This document shows, in pieces, positions 39,735-50,917 of a stretch of DNA of 64,000 nt (the first letter of the stretch is position 1; the number at the start of each line of letters is the position of its first letter). Position numbers and translations under genes: made by a program. The notes under the pieces are model-generated. The model was not told the origin of the DNA and searched no databases. It saw only the letters and a list, made by a program, of their open reading frames with translations. The stretch is from a virus (lineage: Duplodnaviria > Caudoviricetes), in the IMG/VR virus record IMGVR_UViG_3300041583_000371, positions 18,992 through 82,991 of that record; one strand, written 5' to 3'.

Positions 39735-40279
39735 TATCAACAAAGGAAAATAGCAAAGTGATCAGATATAAAGCTTATATACAAGACCCAATGTCTAAGT
39801 GGAAAAATAAAGAACCAGCTAAGTATGCAAGGCATCTTCAAATGTTTTTTGGACCACCGGAAGAATTGACAGAAAAAAGAGCAGTGTGGTATGAAAAAGA
39901 TGGTTTCATCCGCATAGAAGTGTTAGATGAATTTGTCCTACATGCTTCACCTAGCCCACATCATGATTATGTATATTGTTATGTGAATCTGAAAATTCCC
40001 CATGATTTAGCTGATGACTTGGCGAAAAGTAGTGAAAGCATCCTTATTGATAATCTTAAAAGTGAGCTTGGGGCACGTTGTGCTAGTCTTGCTGCAAACG
40101 CTGTTACGATACAATACGTTATGGATGTAGTAGAAGAAAGAGTAGCACCATCTAAAGCAGAATACGAAAAGCGAATAAAGTCTATGACGAAAATGTTCAA
40201 TGATGGACAAATATTTGAGTTGGATTGGTGGAAAGATATGTCAGGTGATACTGACCCCGAAAACCCTTATTACCAATAA
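39731..40279 (+). CDS. hypothetical protein
   Basis: ORF; H..P.PH.D and ARC motifs. Confidence 0.6.
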   Translation: MISTKENSKVIRYKAYIQDPMSKWKNKEPAKYARHLQMFFGPPEELTEKRAVWYEKDGFIRIEVLDEFVLHASPSPHHDYVYCYVNLKIPHDLADDLAKSSESILIDNLKSELGARCASLAANAVTIQYVMDVVEERVAPSKAEYEKRIKSMTKMFNDGQIFELDWWKDMSGDTDPENPYYQ

Positions 40280-40347
40280 TGCAATTTTGCAGTTGACATA
40301 TATATTGATACTGTGTAACCTATATAAGTACAATATGGAGATATGTT

Positions 40348-40566
40348 ATGTGGCACACTACTGATGGAAACATGTTAGCAGCAGATAATTTCTACAATCA
40401 ACCGACGATAGAAGATGAAGCACAAGAAATATTAGAGTCTCTTTCTGAATTTGAGATTTCTGATCTTATCGAAGACCTCAAAGAAACAGATGAAAATTTC
40501 AATTCATTAGACCCTAATGAATCCGTTTTTGCATACATTGTAGAAAACATTGATAATTTTACCTGA
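40348..40566 (+). CDS. small acidic early protein
   Basis: promoter at 40293; GGAG RBS. Confidence 0.55.
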   Translation: MWHTTDGNMLAADNFYNQPTIEDEAQEILESLSEFEISDLIEDLKETDENFNSLDPNESVFAYIVENIDNFT

Positions 40567-40958
40567 GAAGATGTTTTTGCGTGACAAGTTACTGTAATGG
40601 GATGATGTGTATTAGACAAAAGTATATCAAACACAATTGAAAAATAAGAGAATAATATGAAAATTTATCTAACACACTTGGGTATGGTACAATATCTTGG
40701 AATTAGTTTCGGGATTATTTTGCCATCTCTTTTTAGCACTAAAAGCGCAATTATGGTTTGCTTTGGACCAGCCTATATCATCCTAATGCTGCCATACATG
40801 GCTGGGTGAAAACTTTTGTAATGAAACCTTCCTAAAATAATTAAATGTCACTAAATGAAATAGTAGCTTCAAAAACTACTATTTCGTGTTGACATTTGGT
40901 AATTGTTTGTGGTATGATGATAGTTAATAAAATATGTAAATAACAATAGGATAATTTA

Positions 40959-42059
40959 ATGCAATGGAATAGCCAGCAAGAGCCTGCTTTGAAAGCAGCG
41001 AACACTTGGTTTTATAGAGATTCTAAAAAACAACAAATATTCAGAGTTTTTGGATTTGCTGGGACTGGAAAAACTACATTAGCAAGACATTTTGCTGAAA
41101 ATATAGATGGTGATGTTTGTTATGCATCTTTTACAGGTAAAGCAGCACTTGTAATGCGAAAAAACGGTTGCGTTGGTGCAAAAACTATTCACAGCCTGAT
41201 TTACAAACCAGTTGTGAACGATCAAGGGCAAGTATCATTTAAACTCAATAAAAAAGAAAGTCCAGTGAATGATTGCGCATTGATAATCATTGATGAGTGC
41301 TCAATGGTCGATGAAGAGCTTGCTAAAGATCTACTTTCTTTCAAAAAGCCAATTCTTGTTTTGGGTGATCCGGCGCAGCTACCACCAGTAAAGGGTGCAG
41401 GATATTTTACTGAATGCAAGCCTGATATTATGCTCACAGAAATTCACAGACAAGCAGCTGACAATCCAATTATTTATTTGGCAAATGAAGTTAGAAATGG
41501 TCGGATGCCCGATATAGGACAATATGGCGGAAGTCGGGTTGTGGATAAAGTATCAAGTGAAGAAGTATTAAGTGCAGATCAGGTTATTGTAGGAAGAAAT
41601 GCGACCCGCGAAAGACTAAACTCAAAAATGCGGAAAATGAAAGGCATAGACAGCGATTTACCAATAAAAGGCGATAAACTTATTTGTTGTAGAAATGATT
41701 CTACTTTGGGTATTTTTAATGGTGGCATGTTTACAGTAGAGGCCATATTAGATAAAAAATTCAAAACAAACTTTATCCATATGAGTGTTAATAGCGATGA
41801 CTTTGATTCTATTCCACCATTAGTAAAAGTACACAAGAGCCTTTTTGATTATGAAATACCAAAACCAGATTGGAAAATGCTGAAGGGCAGCCAAGAATTC
41901 GACTTTGGATATGCCATTACTTGCCACCGAACACAAGGTTCGCAATGGAAAAATGTTTTGATTTATGATGAGTCTTGGTGCTTTAGAGATGATTGGAATC
42001 GGTGGCTGTATACTGCAATAACTAGAGCTGAAGAAGATATTGTGCTGTATAAAGTTTAA
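40959..42059 (+). CDS. dda: SF1B Dda/RecD-like DNA helicase
   Basis: GFAGTGKTT, IIDECSM, GDPAQLPPV, HRQ, YAITCH..QGS, LYTAITRA. Confidence 0.85.
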   Translation: MQWNSQQEPALKAANTWFYRDSKKQQIFRVFGFAGTGKTTLARHFAENIDGDVCYASFTGKAALVMRKNGCVGAKTIHSLIYKPVVNDQGQVSFKLNKKESPVNDCALIIIDECSMVDEELAKDLLSFKKPILVLGDPAQLPPVKGAGYFTECKPDIMLTEIHRQAADNPIIYLANEVRNGRMPDIGQYGGSRVVDKVSSEEVLSADQVIVGRNATRERLNSKMRKMKGIDSDLPIKGDKLICCRNDSTLGIFNGGMFTVEAILDKKFKTNFIHMSVNSDDFDSIPPLVKVHKSLFDYEIPKPDWKMLKGSQEFDFGYAITCHRTQGSQWKNVLIYDESWCFRDDWNRWLYTAITRAEEDIVLYKV

Positions 42060-42156
42060 AACACAACACCCAAAATCAGAAAAATTGATTTTGGGTGTTG
42101 ACAACTCATATTTGTTGCTATATGTGTTAATAGTAGTAAACACAGAAAGAGACAAA

Positions 42157-42354
42157 ATGACATATGCAGAAGCACTTAGCGCGGCAAAGATTGCAATTTC
42201 GTTCTCAAGCGCCACGCGCAGTCATGCCAAGCACTGGAATAAATTGGATGATGCTTTGCGCGCATTGCCATTTTCTGAATTTGAGAATATCTATGATAAC
42301 GCCATCAAAGGCGAAACAGAAGCAGATTTTGCTATTGTCTGTATGTGTGAGTGA
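42157..42354 (+). CDS. early hypothetical protein
   Basis: ATG (MTYAEALS) downstream of promoter at 42098. Confidence 0.5.
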   Translation: MTYAEALSAAKIAISFSSATRSHAKHWNKLDDALRALPFSEFENIYDNAIKGETEADFAIVCMCE

Positions 42355-42435
42355 GTGAAGAGAAAATAGTTCTTGACACCAATTTGAAAATATACTAACT
42401 TATACAAGTAATCAGAAAACATGAAAGAATGTAAA

Positions 42436-43224
42436 ATGACCGAACAGAACAATCGCGACAAAATGCTTCAGCGTGTTATGAATCTTCGCGCAAAAGCCGA
42501 AAATGACGGTGCTTCCGAGTCTGAAATGCAAAGTGCTTTCACTATGGCAGCAAAACTTATGGACGCCTACAACATCGAAGAAGCAGAACTTGCGCTTGCA
42601 GAAACAGAAGGCCGCATCGTTCTTGACATCATCAATAAAGTAGTTGACACCTCTTGTCTGAACGGTAAACAGCGCCACAAAATTGTGTTGTGTCTTGCTG
42701 GTGTTTCGGCATTCACCTCCACCAAAGCGGTTTATAATCGTTATTCAGGCGATATCACTTTCACTGGCCACCGCCCAGATGTTGAACTTTCAAACTACCT
42801 CATTGCCGTTATCAAAGAAGCCCTTGATCGTGAATATGAAAACTACCGCATGAATAACAAAGCTGTTGGGTATGGTGCAAAAACAGCATTCCAGACTTCC
42901 ATGGCTTCGCGGATTTCGTTGCGCCTGTTTCAAATGGCAAAGGAAGCCGATGAGAATCGTAGAAAAGAAAAAGTAAAAGCCGAAAGTTTGCAGATTGAAA
43001 ACACGGACACTTCATCTTATACTGCTCTTGTAATTTCTGAAATTGCTGATATGAAGCGCAAAGAAGTTGACGCCGCGTATCATAAAGCGCACCCTCGCCT
43101 TCGGACCTCGGCAAGCTTTAGCTTTGGGAATAACACTACGGCGCACGGCGCAGGGCGGTCTGCTGGTGATCGTGTGAACCTAAACCGTGCCATCTCTTCG
43201 GGATCACAAAGGCGGGTGGCATAA
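42436..43224 (+). CDS. DUF2786-domain protein
   Basis: RV..L.AKAE..GASE.E...A...A.KLM..YNI; C-terminal G..AG..V.L. Confidence 0.75.
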   Translation: MTEQNNRDKMLQRVMNLRAKAENDGASESEMQSAFTMAAKLMDAYNIEEAELALAETEGRIVLDIINKVVDTSCLNGKQRHKIVLCLAGVSAFTSTKAVYNRYSGDITFTGHRPDVELSNYLIAVIKEALDREYENYRMNNKAVGYGAKTAFQTSMASRISLRLFQMAKEADENRRKEKVKAESLQIENTDTSSYTALVISEIADMKRKEVDAAYHKAHPRLRTSASFSFGNNTTAHGAGRSAGDRVNLNRAISSGSQRRVA

Positions 43225-43225
43225 A

Positions 43226-43249
43226 AAAGTGGGGAGTAATCCCCACTTT
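43226..43249 (+). terminator. intrinsic terminator
   Basis: AAAGTGGGGA-GTAA-TCCCCACTTT. Confidence 0.8.
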
Positions 43250-43325
43250 ATACTTTTTAATGTTGACAATAGGTTTGAATTTGGTATTGTGGTTTTGTAG
43301 AAACAATCAAAGAAAGATTATTGAT

Positions 43326-43763
43326 ATGCTACATACACTTGATTTTAAAGGTTGGGAAAATTTTACTGCTTGGTGTGTTCCTACTGCAGTTTCGCTTTTG
43401 ACTGGTTCGCCTGTAGGGCATATGCATAGTCGTGCAGCGATGATGCAAAATATTGCTAGAAAAGATGTTAAAGGCGTATTTATTGAGGAGGCGGTTCTTT
43501 TGTTGCGGGAACAAGGATACAATGCTATTCCTATCGATATGATAAGCCGTTGGAAAACCCCTCCTTCAATTGACAAATTTCTTGCTGGTCGTTCATCTTA
43601 TGAAATGGTGATGCCAGTTATGTTCGCAACCGATGACCATATGATGACAGCCCATTTTGGTCATGCAGCTGACAATTGGACCAAAAAGCCTGTTCCAATT
43701 GCATCTTTCCCAAAACTAAATCGTAAAGTTGTTGTCGCATGGGTGGTATCAAAAGCAAAATAA
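43326..43763 (+). CDS. hypothetical protein
   Basis: WC.P.A.S..TG motif; follows promoter at 43263. Confidence 0.55.
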   Translation: MLHTLDFKGWENFTAWCVPTAVSLLTGSPVGHMHSRAAMMQNIARKDVKGVFIEEAVLLLREQGYNAIPIDMISRWKTPPSIDKFLAGRSSYEMVMPVMFATDDHMMTAHFGHAADNWTKKPVPIASFPKLNRKVVVAWVVSKAK

Positions 43764-44035
43764 AGGAATTAAAATGAGACTAAAACCCGAAAATCTGAAA
43801 GTTGGTTCTACTTTTTATGAGTGTCAATATGGAATTAATTTAAAGTTTACCGTAACGGTAGAACCATATTGTATTGATGGAAAAATTCAATGGGAAGCAC
43901 TATCAGAAAACGATAAACCAACTAATTTTATGAACACTGTTGGCTATGAAAATTATGGCCCCAAAATTTATTCCGAACCAGCATATACTATGAAAGATTT
44001 TCGGGCTTTGAAAGAAAGTACAATGGAGTAAAAAT

Positions 44036-44599
44036 ATGACAAGAAACATTTGGGTAAGTAGCGACCTTCATTTATTCCATGCAAATATGCTTAATTTTGT
44101 TGACGATGAAGGAAAGCCCCAGCGGGCATTTTCAAATGCACTTGATATGAATCAACATATTTTGGATTCGCACAACTCTGTAGTCAAAAAAGGAGACATT
44201 TGGTATAATTTGGGTGATGTTCTGATAGGTAGTAAAGAAGAATTCAAAACATTATGGCCAAAATTTAATGGTTCTAAACGTCTAATCGTAGGCAATCATG
44301 ATGACATTCCATTTCTTTCTAATGGTGGTTTCTTTTCTAAAGTACTAATGTGGAGACAATTTCCTGAATATGAATTAATTCTTTCGCATGTCCCATTACA
44401 TGAAAGTTCAATATATAGTAGCAAAGATATAAGTGCGCCTCTTCTGTCTGTCCATGGGCATATCCATACTCGCCCTTCCCCTTCAAGAATGCATTATTGT
44501 GTATGCGTAGAACAAATAGATTATACGCCTGTAAATATTGAGGATCTTGCTGTAATCGCAAGGGAGCGTAGAAAAGAATGGCGCGAAAAAAGCAGTTGA
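44036..44599 (+). CDS. metallophosphoesterase
   Basis: SDLHLFH, LGDV, GNHD, SH.P, HGHIH. Confidence 0.85.
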   Translation: MTRNIWVSSDLHLFHANMLNFVDDEGKPQRAFSNALDMNQHILDSHNSVVKKGDIWYNLGDVLIGSKEEFKTLWPKFNGSKRLIVGNHDDIPFLSNGGFFSKVLMWRQFPEYELILSHVPLHESSIYSSKDISAPLLSVHGHIHTRPSPSRMHYCVCVEQIDYTPVNIEDLAVIARERRKEWREKSS

Positions 44600-44656
44600 C
44601 ATGACAAGACGTATGGGATATATTTTTACTGGAATAATATACAAGGGAATTTTAAT

Positions 44657-45634
44657 ATGAGCGAGTTTAAAAAGTTTACGTCAATCGAAAAGTTTTCAGA
44701 CGTGTGGCTCAAAGCACAAAAATATTGTGTGGGCGAGTTTAAACTTCGCTCAAAGATCAAACTTCATGGAACAAATGGTGCGATCAGAATTGTAGATGGC
44801 GTAGTAGCTGCACAAAAAAGAACATCAGATGTGACGCCGCTTTCTGATAATGCTGGTTTTGCTTTTTGGGCAACTAGCATCAACTGGAAAACTGAACAAA
44901 ACGTAATCATTTACGGTGAATGGGCGGGGCCAGGTGTTCAAAAATCAGATGCGATTTGTCTAACTGATCGTAAACGGTTTTATGTGTTTGGAGTGCTTCT
45001 ATTGGGGCCAAATGGGCTCTTAGATGATAATGATGGCAAATATGTGGTCGAGCCACGATTGATTGCACCATACCTACCAGAAAGCCCTGATATTGTCGTT
45101 TTGCCATGGTTTGATGAACCTATGTATATCAATACAGATTTTGTAAGCACAGCAAAAGACATTCAAGAAAAACTTGAAGTTCAGGTTTGTAGCATTGGTG
45201 ATGAAGACCCATTTGTTAAAACCATGTTTGGAATTTCTGGTTCTGGTGAAGGTCTGGTTGTCGCCCCATATCATGAAAGTGGTATTGTAGATTTGTCTTT
45301 TTATAACTCTTATGTGTTCAAAGTAAAATCAGAAGCACATAGCGCAAAGAAAACCAAATCACCTGCTTCTGTTTTTGTTGAAGTTCCTGATTCTGTCATC
45401 GATTTTGCAAAATCTTTTGTCACTGATGTTCGTTGTCAGCAAATGATTGATGAGCATTGTGAAGGTTCTATGTCACCAAAAGTTATTGGCAACTTCCTAA
45501 AAAACATCAATGCAGACATTCTTAAAGAATCTACCAATGAGCTTGCTGGCATGGATGTTGAATGGAAATCAGTTGCCAAAGAGATCAACAAAAGAGCGGT
45601 AGCTTGGTTTAACATGAGGAATAAAATTCAATGA
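44657..45634 (+). CDS. RNA ligase (Rnl2-like nucleotidyltransferase)
   Basis: KLHGTN motif I, YGEW.G.GVQ, GEGLV, FKVK. Confidence 0.75.
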   Translation: MSEFKKFTSIEKFSDVWLKAQKYCVGEFKLRSKIKLHGTNGAIRIVDGVVAAQKRTSDVTPLSDNAGFAFWATSINWKTEQNVIIYGEWAGPGVQKSDAICLTDRKRFYVFGVLLLGPNGLLDDNDGKYVVEPRLIAPYLPESPDIVVLPWFDEPMYINTDFVSTAKDIQEKLEVQVCSIGDEDPFVKTMFGISGSGEGLVVAPYHESGIVDLSFYNSYVFKVKSEAHSAKKTKSPASVFVEVPDSVIDFAKSFVTDVRCQQMIDEHCEGSMSPKVIGNFLKNINADILKESTNELAGMDVEWKSVAKEINKRAVAWFNMRNKIQ

Positions 45635-45881
45635 ATGAAATGGAATCACTAAAAAAGAAAATGCAAGTCTATTAAAGGCTCTTGAAATCTATCAAAGAGA
45701 GCGTGATAGATTTCGACATGCCCACCCAGAAATCAGTGGTTCTTTTTATTTGGCGGGCGTTCATGGAAAAACTGACGAAAACTTTCTTCCAAAATATATT
45801 GAGATTTCGCCTGCATATGGTTGTGCATGGGTCCAGATATATGAAAAAACAGAAAAAACAATATCTTATGAAGGCAGTTAA
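45631..45881 (+). CDS. hypothetical protein frameshifted at A-run 45651-45656
   Basis: adding one A gives MNEMESLKKENASLLKALEIY...ISPAYGCAWVQIYEK...EGS*. Confidence 0.5.
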
Positions 45882-45910
45882 TTTAAAATATACGTAAGGA
45901 AAATCTTAAA

Positions 45911-46066
45911 ATGACTACAGCTAAACAGTATGCCAAGTGGTGTATGATGCTACTTGAAGGCGAAAGTGATGAATACTTGATATTGGAGATGTACAAAGCC
46001 ATGTATCAAGATGGATTTGTTGATGATAATGATGAATGGTATGAGGATGAAGAAGAAAATGTTTGA
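45911..46066 (+). CDS. 51-aa acidic microprotein, paralog of 52114
   Basis: manual translation MTTAKQYAKW...EG...DGFVD...EDEEENV; AAGGA RBS. Confidence 0.6.
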   Translation: MTTAKQYAKWCMMLLEGESDEYLILEMYKAMYQDGFVDDNDEWYEDEEENV

Positions 46067-46293
46067 TATTTGGTTGGGAGCTTTTGTTTCTTCTATTTTT
46101 ACCTTCGGGTTAATTATGGTTGTGTACGTCGCGCCACATACAACCGACAATAAAACTTGGCAAGGATTTGCTATTGAGCGTGGATATGGGCTGTACTGCC
46201 CAAACACCGGAAATTTTGCATGGATAGATGAATGTGATTGACATTTGTGGTTATATGTGTTAATTGTAGTTTGTAACAATATAGGATGATGAG

Positions 46294-47622
46294 ATGATTT
46301 ACGATATTATTGAAGAAATGTCTGCAAATAATAGTGCAAATTATAAGATGGATGTATTGAAAAAGCATCAATCAAATACCCTACTTCAAAGAGTGCTTAA
46401 AATGACCTACGACAAAGTGGTGTATAATTATTATATGTCACTAAATCACTGGCATAAAAATGGGATTGTTTTTGAATCAGTACAATCTTCACATATTTCC
46501 TTTGAGCAAGGTCTCGACTTTATGGAAAATACATTAGCATCACGCAAACTTACTGGACATGCTGCAATTGATGCGATGAATGAAATTTTGAAATCCACTA
46601 CAGACAAAGACCGCGATGTTTTGATGAAAATCTTGAATCGTGACTTGAGAATCAACTGTGGTCGCACACAAATCAATAAGGTATTTTCGGGACTTATTAC
46701 CAAGCCTTGCTATATGCGGTGCGGTGTTTTCAACGGAAAGTCAAAAAAAGATATTAATTTTCCTGCGATTGTCCAGTTGAAGGCTGATGGCACTTATCGT
46801 GAAATGCAAGTATTTGATGGTAAAGTTGAATTGTTTTCGCGCACAGGCGAGCAATATTTTTATGAGTTTGAAAATAATTTTAGTGATCTGCCTAACGGTC
46901 ATTACACAGGTGAAATGATTGTAGAAGATGCTGAGAATCGTGCTATTAGTAATGGTATGCTAAATTCAGATACGCCTCCTACAGATAAGATTATTTTTCA
47001 CGTGTGGGATTATATCACACCAGATGAATACAAAAACGCAATCACAAAAGTAAAAAACAAGATCCCATATTTTATGCGGTTGGTTCAACTGCGTGAAATC
47101 GTCAATGCGAAAAATGACCGTCAGCTTCGTGTGATCGAAACCTACGAAGTTTCAAACGTCAAAGAAGCTTTGGATTACGTTAGTATGTGGTTAAATGCTG
47201 GTCTAGAAGGCGGCGTTTTGAAAGATGCTCGGGGCCTATATAAAGATGGCACAAGTAAGGAGCAATTAAAGCTGAAACTTGAAATGGTAATTGATTTGCG
47301 GGTCAAAGGGTTCAAAGAAGGTAAAATCGGAACTAAACGTGAAAACACTTTTGGCGCAATTGAATTTGAGTCAGATGATGGTAAAATTAAGGGCTTTACT
47401 TCTGGGTTCTCTGATGATATGCTTAATAAAATCAATTCGAACCGTGATGCTTATATTGGTAAAATCATGGCAGTCAGCTGCAATGATATTACAAAAGGCA
47501 GAAACAATGAGCATTATGCACTGTCGCATCCACGTTACGATGAGTTTCGTGATGATAAAGATGAAACAGATACTTTGGAACGCGCACTAGAAATCAAGAA
47601 CATGGCAATGGAGTTCAAATGA
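46294..47622 (+). CDS. ATP-dependent DNA ligase
   Basis: QLKADG adenylation motif, SRTG, EGGVLK, KLK, HPRY..FR.DK. Confidence 0.88.
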   Translation: MIYDIIEEMSANNSANYKMDVLKKHQSNTLLQRVLKMTYDKVVYNYYMSLNHWHKNGIVFESVQSSHISFEQGLDFMENTLASRKLTGHAAIDAMNEILKSTTDKDRDVLMKILNRDLRINCGRTQINKVFSGLITKPCYMRCGVFNGKSKKDINFPAIVQLKADGTYREMQVFDGKVELFSRTGEQYFYEFENNFSDLPNGHYTGEMIVEDAENRAISNGMLNSDTPPTDKIIFHVWDYITPDEYKNAITKVKNKIPYFMRLVQLREIVNAKNDRQLRVIETYEVSNVKEALDYVSMWLNAGLEGGVLKDARGLYKDGTSKEQLKLKLEMVIDLRVKGFKEGKIGTKRENTFGAIEFESDDGKIKGFTSGFSDDMLNKINSNRDAYIGKIMAVSCNDITKGRNNEHYALSHPRYDEFRDDKDETDTLERALEIKNMAMEFK

Positions 47623-47911
47623 AGGAATCTACAGACTCGTCTTTAGTTTATATGAAGCAAGCAGATGTTATGAAATCAACTGGGCATTGTAACATTATTG
47701 TGAACAAATGGTTTGCCGTACATCCTGATACAGGTGATTTGATGTTTTGGCAACCAATCAAAAAACGACAAGGTAAATTGTTGGGTGCTGCGCCGCAGTG
47801 CAACTCTTCTAGATTTACAGCGGAAATCATATATAAGAAAATTTACCCTTGGGCTTCAATTGCGTTTTTTGAACGTGTTGCATTTCCAATTTTAGCAGAG
47901 GATTACTTGCA

Positions 47912-48444
47912 ATGAAAATCTTGTTTCTTGATTGTGATGGGGTCCTTAATGACAGTAACGATATGATGGTGACAGGTGATATTCGACCATACTATGTGCT
48001 AAATTACAAAAAATCGATCATCTTCGTCATATTATCTCAAAAACCGATTGCAAAATTGTGGTATCATCTTCTTGGCGTATCATGGAAGATGGCATAGAAA
48101 CATTAATTCGTCATGACATTCCAGTATTTGACAAAACAGATTCTTTGTCTGGGCCGCGAGGAAACGAAATTCAAGCATGGTTGGATTGTCATCCCGATGT
48201 CACAAATTATACAATTTTAGATGATGATAGCGACATGCTAATTCATCAACGACCACATTTTGTACAGACAGATTCTTCGGTAGGACTGAATGAAGTCTTA
48301 GCTTATCGCGCAATCCAGCGTCTCAATCTACCGATCACACCTTCATTTGACCAATTGTTAGATTCTTTTAACGGCGATGCTAAAACAATCAAGGCAATTC
48401 GTGATTTGTTAAATGAGACTTATCAATATAAAGGGAGCATATAA
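47912..48444 (+). CDS. HAD-family phosphatase (RNA-repair type), frameshifted at A-run 48008-48013
   Basis: FLDCDGVLN in first frame; IVVSSSWR, RG.EI..WL, ILDDD.D in second frame. Confidence 0.7.
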
Positions 48445-49696
48445 TATGAAAAAAGAATTGCATACACTGCCAGTCGTCGTTCTTGGTGCACAATACCCAC
48501 AGTATTTAATAGATAATGCGATGGAAAAAGTCACAAAAACTTCACCAGAAGAATACATGAAAGCCATTAAAGAATTAGGGCTTGAAATCAAACGATACAA
48601 AGAATGCCTTGAGTTCAAGGGATTTAAGTTGTGTGGTGATGTTACAAGCACTGGATTATATGCAAAAAAGAAGTATTTGTACAATCAAGCCAATACCCAC
48701 AACATCTAAACTTGCAAAATTTGTAATGAAACTAATGGGTTATTTTCCATTAGTTTCTGTAAAGACAAAGATCCTACTTGAATCGAAAGTATATGATTTG
48801 AATATGAAACTTCAAGGTGAATCAGACCGAAACCGCAGTCTACAAAAAGACTATTTGAAATTGATTGACAATATTTCAATTGGAAGTGCGCGCATGAAGG
48901 TAGACATAAATAAAAATAACATAGATACAATGGCAAAATACGTTAGGTTCACCGCAAATATAGAGCCTGTCAGTTATCATTTTATGATCCCAGAAAATGT
49001 GACAAGAATTGATATTGCGGACGAAACACATTATATGATACGAAAAGTCGCACATGAAATTTCAAAAAATATTGCAGACCAATACGAAGAAAATATATAT
49101 CAACTTGCTACCGAAAAGTTTAACGTATTAGCCGAAAGCCCTTTAAGAAGTAGCCAAACACAATTCATAAACGAATTATATACTAGAAAATATGAATGTT
49201 AAGGAGTGTAATAATGGAATATGAAAATAAAAATTTTCTACCAGAACCCAATAAAAATACGTTTTCGATAACTTGCGGAAAATGTAAAACGAAATTTGAA
49301 AAAGTTACGAGTTATTATTGCATACATAATGATTGTCCCACGGTTACAAAAGCTGTTTTTAAATATGCAAAATGACCTTAGGGAGGCAGTTGAAGACTAC
49401 AAAAAAGATTTTCAATCTGCACTTTGGGATTATGGACATGTAATTGAAGGGTGCTTGGATGAAATAGAGCAATTGGAAAAGTCTTGCTCTGAATGGGCAA
49501 ACGTGTCACAGACAAATTTTCAACTTGCTAAAAGATATGAAGAAACACTTGATAAGATCGCAAAGCCTAGATTTGGATTGCAAAGCATACAAGAAAAACA
49601 TGAAAATAATACGTTGGAATACTACAAAGAGATTTCTGAATATTACCGCGTTATGGCAAATGATATGCAGAAATTAGCAAGAGAGGATATATATAC

Positions 49697-50269
49697 ATGA
49701 AAATTAACTGGAACCAAAACCCATTATACTCTACTATAGATGTAGACGATAAAGATAGACATATGATTTTATTGTCTTTACAAACGGATAAATATTCTGA
49801 ATTGTTGTGTGATATTGATATGTACATCGAAACCTCCACCAAAAACGCAACGCCTATTGACATGAAATACATAACCAACAAAATTTCTGGTTGGAGTACA
49901 ATTTGTGATATGGAAGTTGATGATGCTGAAGTAGAAAGATGTGTTACTTTCCTACAAGAATCGCACGGCGGAGATTGTACCTGTTGGCCTGCATCATGCA
50001 TGAAATGTTATGCTGAGTCAATGTTAGGCGTCAATACACTTGAAGGCTTGGGTAAGCACTCTGCAAATAAAATTATGGGCGCTTTTAGTAACAATAATAC
50101 AATATCTGACGCAATCAAAATTCTTGAAACAGAGCAGAGTTATACTAAGACCGCTCTTTGGGATATGTTCACACAAGAAGAATATGAAAAACACATCCCT
50201 AGATGGAAAAATGAAAAGGAAATAGCAGCTATTTGGTTAATAAAATACAAAGAAATGCACGGATTTTGA
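49697..50269 (+). CDS. hypothetical protein
   Basis: H.GDCTC....C.KC motif. Confidence 0.6.
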   Translation: MKINWNQNPLYSTIDVDDKDRHMILLSLQTDKYSELLCDIDMYIETSTKNATPIDMKYITNKISGWSTICDMEVDDAEVERCVTFLQESHGGDCTCWPASCMKCYAESMLGVNTLEGLGKHSANKIMGAFSNNNTISDAIKILETEQSYTKTALWDMFTQEEYEKHIPRWKNEKEIAAIWLIKYKEMHGF

Positions 50270-50327
50270 TTGACAACAAATCGCTTATGATATATAACAA
50301 TAGAAGGAAAACAAAAGGAATCCTGTT

Positions 50328-50639
50328 ATGAGCGCTTCAAAAATTATCGCACAAAAGATTGTCGACACTGCGGCCAAATACGGATGGAAAGTCATTGTTC
50401 GTGGTTCTATCTTGACCATCACAAAAACCGGAATTGATTCTAAAGATGCTTTTGTTCGTGCTGACATGGAATACTATAGCGTACTTGGAATCTTGCCTTC
50501 TACCAGCCCAGGTAGCATTTGGGGCACTGATGGAGGTGGCATTGGTGCGCTTACAGCAATGAAAAGCGGCGTGTTTACAATGAATAAAAGTGGTGGTTCT
50601 ACTCGTGTGTTGAACGCACTGAAGAAGATCGTTGCTTGA
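50328..50639 (+). CDS. early hypothetical protein
   Basis: TTGACA-N17-TATAAC at 50270; AAGGA RBS; GS.WGTDG motif. Confidence 0.65.
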   Translation: MSASKIIAQKIVDTAAKYGWKVIVRGSILTITKTGIDSKDAFVRADMEYYSVLGILPSTSPGSIWGTDGGGIGALTAMKSGVFTMNKSGGSTRVLNALKKIVA

Positions 50640-50917
50640 CACCGACAAAAAAACATTCTATTGTGATTATGGAAACAAAAGGAATCCTGACATGACATAT
50701 GACATTTACGCAATGTATCCAGAAGCCTCTTATCTTGTATGTTCCAGTAATAATTCTTCGCATGGTGAAGCAATGGCTGATAAAATTTTGAATACATTAA
50801 ATGAAAAACCTTTGGGTGTTGCGACACTGACTCGGGGCTTGCATAACATCAAAGGTAAAGTTCTGCAAGTATCGGATATTATGAACAAAAAATAATTTAG
50901 AATGGGAATATTTAAAT

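Noticed and set aside
45682-45897. 71-aa track ORF
   Set aside because: Out-of-frame overlap with the frameshifted 45631-45881 gene, which has a coupled start
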